From assembly GCA_029975165.1 (NCBI GenBank), contig JARKPR010000089.1, positions 56,883 through 80,882 on the forward strand: a DNA stretch of 24,000 nt. The letters are read 5' to 3'. Position numbers and translations under genes: made by a program. The DNA is from Selenomonadales bacterium. Lineage in GTDB: Bacteria; Bacillota; Negativicutes; Sporomusales; UBA7701. Within the stretch, counting starts at the first letter, position 1. Every line of letters starts with the position of its first letter. Below are positions 18,646-24,000 of the stretch, piece by piece. The notes under the pieces were generated by a model. It saw only the letters and a list, made by a program, of their open reading frames with translations. It did no database searches and was not told where the DNA came from.

Positions 18646-18794
18646 ATGCCCGGCCGGGCGAAGGAGCGGCCGGCCGGTATATAAAACAAGCCTGTGGGAA
18701 AATTACCTATTGTGGCGCGCAGTGCGCCCCGCGGCGTTGTGTCCGGGGGAGGCGGCGGCGGGCGCCGAAACCTTTTTGAGGAGGATTTCGCCCT

Positions 18795-20177
18795 ATGGTA
18801 ACATTGACATCTGCCCACTGGCTGTTCCTGTTCTGGGTGCTGGTCGTAATCGTGGTCATGGGTCTCAGGAAGGACCCGCTCATCCCCTGTATCATCGGCC
18901 TGCTGACCGTGGGCTGGCTGGTGAAGGGGAGCATGGTGGGCGCCTTTACCACTGTTTTCAATTCGCTGATCGTGGCCGGCAACGAGTTCTGGGGCATCAT
19001 CGTCGTCATTTCCCTGATCGTCTCCCTGTCCAGACTGCTGGGCGAGACGGGGGCCGACTACCTGGTGATGAGCCCGGCGGCCAAGCTGATGGTCAACGCC
19101 GACGTCGCCTTCTGGGTGGTGGGCTTCGCGATGCTGATCGCTTCGTGGTTCTTCTGGCCGTCGCCGGCCACCGCCCTGGTGGGCGCCATCCTCTTCCCGG
19201 TGGCGGTGCGGGCCGGCCTGCCGGCCATGGGCGTGGCCGTAGCGATGAACCTCTTCGGCCACGGCATCGGCCTGTCCACCGACTACGTCATCCAGGGGGC
19301 GCCGACCATCACCGCCAAGGCGGCCGGCTTCGCCGACCCCAGCCCGGTGATCGCCGCCAGCGTGCCGCTGGCCATCACCATGGGCCTGGTGACGACCATC
19401 GCCGCTTATGTATTGATCAAGAAGGATATCCGGGTCAACGCCGAAGCCCACAGGCTGGAGCGCGAAAAGCTGGCGGCCGCCGTGCCGGCCCAGCGCGACC
19501 TCGACTGGGTGTCGTGGTTCCTGGCCATCGTCACTCCGCTGGCTTTCGCCCTCGACGTGGTGGCGATGCTGGCCTTCAAGCTGCGCGGCGGCGACGCCAC
19601 CGCCCTGCTCGGCGCCACCGCCGTCGTCATCCTGGCCGTGGGCTGTCTGCTCAAGTTCGGTTGGGACGGGCTGGAGAAGATCACCGATTACATCCGCGAC
19701 GGTTTTATGTTCGGCATCAAGATCTTCGCCCCGGTCGTGGTCATCGGCGGCTTCTTCTTCATGGGCAAGGGCGACCTGGCCAAGTCCATTTTCGAGCTGA
19801 AGACGGCCACCGGCTTCCTGGAGGACTTCGGCGTGTTCCTGTCGCAGACGGTGCCGCTGAACAAGGTGTTCGTCGCCCTGGTCAGCCTGGCGACCGGCAT
19901 CATCGTCGGCCTCGACGGCTCGGGGTTCTCGCCGCTGCCGCTCGTGGGCAGCGTGGCGGCGACGTTCGAGAAGGCCATCGCCGTGGACAAGGCGACGCTG
20001 GCCGCTCTCGGCCAGATGGCCGGCGTGTGGACGGGCGGCGGCACGATCATCCCCTGGGGCCTCATCCCGGTGGCGGCGATCACCGGCGTCAACCCGATCG
20101 AGCTGGCGCGGCGCAATTTCTTCCCGGTTGTGTTGGGGTTCGCGGCGACGACGATCGTGGCGATATTTCTGCTGTAG
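18795..20177 (+). CDS. Polytopic membrane permease, copy 1 (ion-transporter-superfamily-like, family unresolved)
   Basis: 460 aa, hydrophobic throughout apart from one charged central loop (KKDIRVNAEAHRLEREKLAAAVPAQRDLD). GAGGAGG SD. Gly-rich re-entrant-like segments (IVGLDGSGFSPLPLVG, GVWTGGGTIIPWG). Coding-type codon bias. Confidence 0.85.
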   Translation: MVTLTSAHWLFLFWVLVVIVVMGLRKDPLIPCIIGLLTVGWLVKGSMVGAFTTVFNSLIVAGNEFWGIIVVISLIVSLSRLLGETGADYLVMSPAAKLMVNADVAFWVVGFAMLIASWFFWPSPATALVGAILFPVAVRAGLPAMGVAVAMNLFGHGIGLSTDYVIQGAPTITAKAAGFADPSPVIAASVPLAITMGLVTTIAAYVLIKKDIRVNAEAHRLEREKLAAAVPAQRDLDWVSWFLAIVTPLAFALDVVAMLAFKLRGGDATALLGATAVVILAVGCLLKFGWDGLEKITDYIRDGFMFGIKIFAPVVVIGGFFFMGKGDLAKSIFELKTATGFLEDFGVFLSQTVPLNKVFVALVSLATGIIVGLDGSGFSPLPLVGSVAATFEKAIAVDKATLAALGQMAGVWTGGGTIIPWGLIPVAAITGVNPIELARRNFFPVVLGFAATTIVAIFLL

Positions 20178-20230
20178 TACCCGGGGACTGGCGATAAGGG
20201 CGGCCAGTCCGGTTAAATATGGGGGTAAAG

Positions 20231-20266
20231 ACGCGGCGGCGCAGAGGCGCCGCGTTCTTTTTTTTG
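20231..20266 (+). terminator. Rho-independent terminator after permease copy 1
   Basis: ACGCGGCG (20231-20238) pairs with CGCCGCGT (20248-20255), followed by TCTTTTTTTT. Confidence 0.6.
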
Positions 20267-20339
20267 CGGGGGGTGGGCTGGCGGGCGAAAATAAATATCG
20301 CCGCGGGGGAACGGCAGGCAGGGAAAAGGTTGGAAGACG

Positions 20340-20371
20340 GCGAATATTCGCAAAGCTCATCAATGATGAGC
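20340..20371. promoter_or_regulatory. Two adjacent perfect palindromes upstream of permease copy 2 (candidate operator sites)
   Basis: GCGAATATTCGC (20340-20351), and GCTCATCAATGATGAGC (20355-20371, 8-bp arms around a central A). No equivalent exists upstream of copy 1. Confidence 0.35.
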
Positions 20372-20483
20372 AGCTTATGATTGGCGAAATGGAGGTGGCC
20401 AGCCGCCGCAGGAGAACAGACCGGTCCCTGTCGTAGTTTCGCGGAAAATTAGGATTGCCAAATAAAAGGAGGAATTTTCCTAT

Positions 20484-21869
20484 ATGACGGTAGCACTGAC
20501 CGCGGCTCACTGGTTGTTCCTGTTCTGGGTAATGGTCGTTATCGTGGTCATGGGTCTGCGCAAGGACCCGCTCATCCCCTGTATCCTGGGGCTGCTGTCC
20601 GTCGGCTGGCTGGTGAAAGGGAGCGTGGTGGGCGCTTTCACCACCGTTTTCAATTCGCTGATCGTGGCCGGCAACGAGTTTTGGGGCATCATCGTCGTCA
20701 TTTCCCTGATCGTCTCCCTGTCCAAGCTGCTGGGCGAGACGGGGGCCGACTATTTGGTGATGAGCCCGGCGGCCAAGCTGATGGTCAACGCCGACGTCGC
20801 CTTCTGGGTGGTGGGCTTCGCGATGTTGATCGCTTCGTGGTTCTTCTGGCCGTCGCCGGCCACCGCCCTGGTGGGCGCCATCCTCTTCCCGGTGGCGGTG
20901 CGGGCCGGCCTGCCGGCCATCGGCGCGGCCATGGCGATGAACCTGTTCGGCCACGGTATCGCTTTGTCGACCGACTATATCATCCAGGGGGCGCCGACCA
21001 TCACCGCCAAGGCGGCCGGCTTCGCCGATCCCGGCCCGGTTCTGGCCGCCAGCGTGCCGCTCATCATCACTATGGGCCTGGTAACGACCATAGCGGCGTA
21101 CATTATAATCAAGAAGGATATGCGGGCCAACGGGGCCGCCCACAAGCTGGAGCGCGAGGCGCTGATGAGCGCCGCCGAGACCCGGCGCGAGCTCGACTGG
21201 GTGTCGTGGTTCCTGGCGATCCTCACCCCGGTGGCCTTCGGCCTCGACGTGGTGGCGATGCTGACCCTCAAGCTGCGCGGCGGCGACGCCACCGCCCTGC
21301 TCGGCGCCACCGCCGTCGTCATCCTGGCCGTCGGCTGTCTGCTGAAGTTCGGCTGGGAGGGCCTGGAGAAGATCACCGATTACACCCGCGACGGCTTTAT
21401 GTTCGGCATCAAGATCTTCGCCCCGGTCATCGTAATCGGCGGGTTCTTCTTCATGGGCAAGGGCGACCTGGCCAAGGCTATTTTCGAGATGAAGAACGCC
21501 ACCGGTTTCCTCGAGGATTTCGGCGTGGCGCTCGCCCAGACGGTGCCGCTCAACAAGCCGTTCGTCGCCCTGGTGACGCTGGCGACCGGCATCATCGTCG
21601 GTCTCGACGGTTCGGGCTTTTCGCCGCTGCCGCTCGTGGGCAGCGTGGCGGCCACGTTCGACAAGGCGATCGCCCTCGACAAGGCGACGCTGGCCGCTCT
21701 CGGTCAGATAGCCGGCGTGTGGACGGGCGGCGGCACGATCATCCCCTGGGGCCTCATCCCGGTGGCGGCCATCACCGGCGTCAACCCGATCGAGCTGGCC
21801 CGCCGCAACTTCGTGCCGGTGGTGCTGGGGTTCGTAGCCACGACGATCGTGGCCATCATCCTTCTATAG
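20484..21869 (+). CDS. Polytopic membrane permease, copy 2 (paralogue of 18795-20177)
   Basis: 461 aa, colinear with copy 1. Roughly nine residues in ten are identical by eye. AAGGAGG SD upstream. Confidence 0.85.
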   Translation: MTVALTAAHWLFLFWVMVVIVVMGLRKDPLIPCILGLLSVGWLVKGSVVGAFTTVFNSLIVAGNEFWGIIVVISLIVSLSKLLGETGADYLVMSPAAKLMVNADVAFWVVGFAMLIASWFFWPSPATALVGAILFPVAVRAGLPAIGAAMAMNLFGHGIALSTDYIIQGAPTITAKAAGFADPGPVLAASVPLIITMGLVTTIAAYIIIKKDMRANGAAHKLEREALMSAAETRRELDWVSWFLAILTPVAFGLDVVAMLTLKLRGGDATALLGATAVVILAVGCLLKFGWEGLEKITDYTRDGFMFGIKIFAPVIVIGGFFFMGKGDLAKAIFEMKNATGFLEDFGVALAQTVPLNKPFVALVTLATGIIVGLDGSGFSPLPLVGSVAATFDKAIALDKATLAALGQIAGVWTGGGTIIPWGLIPVAAITGVNPIELARRNFVPVVLGFVATTIVAIILL

Positions 21870-22575
21870 CCCAGGTGACGATTTTTCCCCGGAAAGAGGG
21901 TGGCAACGCGGTTGCCACTCTCTTTATTTCGTTTTCCCGGCCGATGGCGAAGACGATGTCGGTGTCGGCGTCAGGGGCGGCCGGCGGGGCGAACGCCACG
22001 CTGTTGCCGCGGCGGCGCAGACCGTCGGCCAGGGGGGCGAGCGGCGCGGCGAGCGGCGCGGCGGCGGCGACGACGATGGTCCGGCCTTCGGCCGCCGCCA
22101 GCGTCTGCCAGCCGGCGAAGGCGTTGCCGGCCGGCCGCGGCTTTACGGTCCGGCCGAGGAGCAGGCCGGCCGGGCAGGGGGCGAAAGTGAGAAGATGGGC
22201 CAGGCCGGACGGGTAGTGGCGCAGGAGGACGGCGCGGATGGCGCGGCCGCCGGGCAGGGGGAGGCGGAGCTTGACTATTGTGCCGACGGGCGCGGCCGCC
22301 AGACGCTCGTCGGCTCTGACGACCAGCCCCGTCGCGGCGGCGAAGGGGCGCACGGCCAGAACGGCGCCCGCCGGCCGGTCGGCGGCCGCCTGGTCGCGCC
22401 ATTGGTACTGTTCGTAGGCGCAGCGGCCCTGCCAGTCGCAGCCGCATACCGCTTCGCCGCGCAGCAGCGGGCAGTGGGGGCATTCGGCCGTTTCCGCCAG
22501 CAGGCAGGGGCAGCATTCCCGGGATAGTTCCTCGCAGGCCACGGCAATCACCTCGCAGCATTTTTCGTGCTGCAT
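21856..22575 (-). CDS. Cysteine-rich hypothetical protein: putative metal/Fe-S-binding N-terminal domain plus a possibly degenerate flavoprotein-reductase-like body. The 3' end may not be native.
   Basis: 239-aa minus-strand ORF with clear coding-type G/C third-position bias. The + strand frames here give Arg-rich nonsense. 11 Cys in the first 52 aa (CCEVIAVACEELSRECCPCLLAETAECPHCPLLRGEAVCGCDWQGRC). No SD before the ATG. The last ~25 codons run through the terminator hairpin and 14 nt into the convergent permease CDS. Confidence 0.55.
   Translation of the reverse strand: MQHEKCCEVIAVACEELSRECCPCLLAETAECPHCPLLRGEAVCGCDWQGRCAYEQYQWRDQAAADRPAGAVLAVRPFAAATGLVVRADERLAAAPVGTIVKLRLPLPGGRAIRAVLLRHYPSGLAHLLTFAPCPAGLLLGRTVKPRPAGNAFAGWQTLAAAEGRTIVVAAAAPLAAPLAPLADGLRRRGNSVAFAPPAAPDADTDIVFAIGRENEIKRVATALPPSFRGKIVTWAIEG
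21893..21935 (+). terminator. Strong rho-independent terminator after permease copy 2
   Basis: AAAGAGGGTGGCAAC, loop GCG, GTTGCCACTCTCTTT (15-bp stem with one G-U pair), then ATTTCGTTTT. Confidence 0.8.
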
Positions 22576-22761
22576 GATATGCGCGGGGCGGGCGGTTGGT
22601 CCGCGCGGGCGGCAGGAAATTTTTTACTATCTGAAACTCGCTGACGCAGGGATAGCCTCATTGACAGCGAATTCGCAAAACATAGATAAATAATCGAGTT
22701 AAATAAGTGTTGGGTGCGAGGGTGTTAACGCCCCCTTCTCCTGCCAACGGAGGGGTTGTTT

Positions 22762-24000
22762 TTGGCAAATATTCCGGCCAATAGTAAACTGATTAAGAAA
22801 CTTAACAGGATGAATGTCCTGAACATCCTCAAGCGCCGCGGCTCGGTGTCGCGCCAGGAACTGGCCGCCATCACCGGGCTGACCGGTCCGGCGATCACCG
22901 GCATCGTCAAGGAGCTGTTGCAGCTCGGCTTCGTGAAGGAGACCGGCCTCGGCCGCTCCCAGGGCGGCCGCAAGCCCATCCAGCTGGAGATCAACCCCGA
23001 GGCCGGGTATGTCTTCGGGGCCGAGGTGACCCGCCAGGAGGTGTCGCTGGGGATGGCCAACCTTGCCGACGACCCTGTCCTGCTGCAGCGGCGGGCCGTG
23101 GATATGTCGGGGCCGCGGGCCGGGGTGGAGAACTTCGTGCGGATGATCGGGTCGGCGGCCCGCATGGTGGAGCGCAAAGGACGCCTGCTGGCGCTGGGGG
23201 TGGCCTTTCCGGGACTGATCGACGCCGCGGACGGCACGGTGAAGCGGTCGGTCAACCTCGGCCGCGCATGGGACGGGTACGCGATCTGCGCCGCCCTGGA
23301 GGATGAGCTGGGGGTCAAGGTCTTCATCGAGAATAATTCCAATGCGGCGGCGTTGGCGGAGAGCTGGTTCGGCGACGTGGCCGACTGCCGCGACTTGGTT
23401 TATGTTAACTGGGGCGAGGGCATCAGCGCCGGGCTGATCGCCGACGAGCGCATCCTCCAGGGCCATCGGGGCTACTGCGGCGAGATCGGCCATATCGTCA
23501 TCCAGGAGGGCGGCCCGCTGTGCAACTGCGGCAACCGGGGCTGCCTGGAGGCCATTTGCGCCATCCCGGCGCTGGAACGCAAGGTGGCCGGCGAGCTCAG
23601 CTACATCCCGGCCGACGATCCGGTAAAAGCCCGGGCGGCCGGCGGCCGGGTCTCGATCGAGGATATCGTCGACTGCGCGGCCGTGGAGGGGTCGTACTGC
23701 GCCGAGCTGATGCGCCAGGCGGCCAGGTACGTGGGCTTCGCGGTGGCGGATATCGTCAATATCCTCAACCCGCAGGTGGTTATCCTCGGCGGCCGGATGA
23801 CGCGGGCGGCCGGTCCGGCCCTGCCGGTCATCGAGGAGACGGTCCGCGGCCACGCTTTCCCGGAGGTGGCGGCGGCGACCGAGCTGAGGATTTCGTCGCT
23901 GGACGGGCGGGCCGGCTTCGCCGGCGCCTGCGCGCTGGCGCTCAGGGAGACGCTGGAGTCGTCGGCGTCGGATCTGCTCTTTTCCCACCGGACGGTTTGA
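22762..24000 (+). CDS. ROK family transcriptional regulator (NagC/XylR-like)
   Basis: N-terminal winged-HTH (SRQELAAITGLTGPAITGIVKELLQLGFV). ROK zinc motif (GHIVIQEGGPLCNCGNRGCLEA). TGA at 23998-24000. TTG 22762 lies 8 nt after GGAGG. The track start 22756 abuts the SD. Confidence 0.85.
   Translation: MANIPANSKLIKKLNRMNVLNILKRRGSVSRQELAAITGLTGPAITGIVKELLQLGFVKETGLGRSQGGRKPIQLEINPEAGYVFGAEVTRQEVSLGMANLADDPVLLQRRAVDMSGPRAGVENFVRMIGSAARMVERKGRLLALGVAFPGLIDAADGTVKRSVNLGRAWDGYAICAALEDELGVKVFIENNSNAAALAESWFGDVADCRDLVYVNWGEGISAGLIADERILQGHRGYCGEIGHIVIQEGGPLCNCGNRGCLEAICAIPALERKVAGELSYIPADDPVKARAAGGRVSIEDIVDCAAVEGSYCAELMRQAARYVGFAVADIVNILNPQVVILGGRMTRAAGPALPVIEETVRGHAFPEVAAATELRISSLDGRAGFAGACALALRETLESSASDLLFSHRTV

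Larger units (their letters stand above)
18795..21869. repeat. Tandem direct duplication of a ~1.39-kb permease gene, copies separated by a 306-bp unrelated spacer
   Basis: The two CDSs align end to end. One block (19064-19228 vs 20756-20920, 165 nt) differs by a single base. The 5' and 3' flanks of the two copies are unrelated. Confidence 0.85.

Noticed and set aside
18697-18705. 9-mer GGAAAATTA shared by the upstream regions of both permease copies (also at 20443-20451)
   Set aside because: The two copies sit at different distances from the start codons (about 90 vs 33 nt). A single 9-mer match between two spacers of this size is plausible by chance. The spacing does not fit a sigma-54 or sigma-A element.
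18724-18777. GC-rich imperfect hairpin followed by CCTTTTT just before the SD of permease copy 1, considered as a possible attenuator or riboswitch expression platform
   Set aside because: Only about 6-8 bp pair cleanly, with bulges. The T run starts 7 nt after the stem. I recognise no conserved riboswitch core.
20128-20436. 102-aa + strand ORF across the spacer between the permease copies, including a possible 19-aa leader peptide MIGEMEVASRRRRTDRSLS
   Set aside because: It starts inside the copy-1 CDS in another frame and crosses the terminator. It has no SD and Arg-rich nonsense composition.
17841-21143. 1100-aa minus-strand ORF spanning the ABC ATPase gene, permease copy 1 and part of copy 2
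   Set aside because: It is antisense to three well-supported + strand genes. The translation is Arg/Gly/Pro/His/Asp-rich low-complexity sequence with no motifs. This is the typical stop-codon-poor antisense frame of GC-rich DNA.
21901-21916. Sigma-54-like -24/-12 match TGGCAA-N5-TTGCC with correct GG-N10-GC spacing on both strands, noted because rpoN is in the window
   Set aside because: The match is created by the palindromic terminator stem (GTGGCAAC/GTTGCCAC). Transcription from it would be antisense to a CDS in either direction. No enhancer-binding-protein gene or upstream activator sites are visible.

Overview
GC-rich segment with strong G/C bias at third codon positions, from a Firmicutes/Bacillota-type anaerobe. 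Nearly all genes are on the + strand. Gene order: (1) 3' end of a YvcK-like gene, whiA, a NodB-type polysaccharide deacetylase and an orphan secreted protein. (2) A RiPP cassette the ORF track misses because the precursor is under 60 aa: a 47-aa six-cysteine SCIFF precursor (3386-3529) plus its radical-SAM/SPASM maturase, with an ABC-F ATPase gene starting 1 nt after the maturase stop. (3) hypF-hypC-hypD-hypE for [NiFe]-hydrogenase maturation, joined by overlapping stop/start codons. (4) rpoN (sigma-54). (5) A TetR regulator plus SMR efflux pair with a perfect 18-bp palindrome in its promoter. (6) Two M20D amidohydrolase paralogues and a polar amino-acid ABC importer. (7) A tandemly duplicated ~460-aa polytopic permease gene. 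(8) A convergent minus-strand cysteine-rich ORF. (9) A ROK-family regulator. I saw no rRNA, tRNA, CRISPR array, transposase or integrase. Most long minus-strand ORFs in the track are antisense artefacts of the GC bias. The most notable element is the SCIFF/ranthipeptide cassette; the family is described but its biological role is unknown. Secondary items are the mosaic tandem permease duplication, palindromes found upstream of the second copy only, and the Cys-rich ORF that reads through a terminator hairpin. All family assignments come from motifs read by eye. No database search was run.
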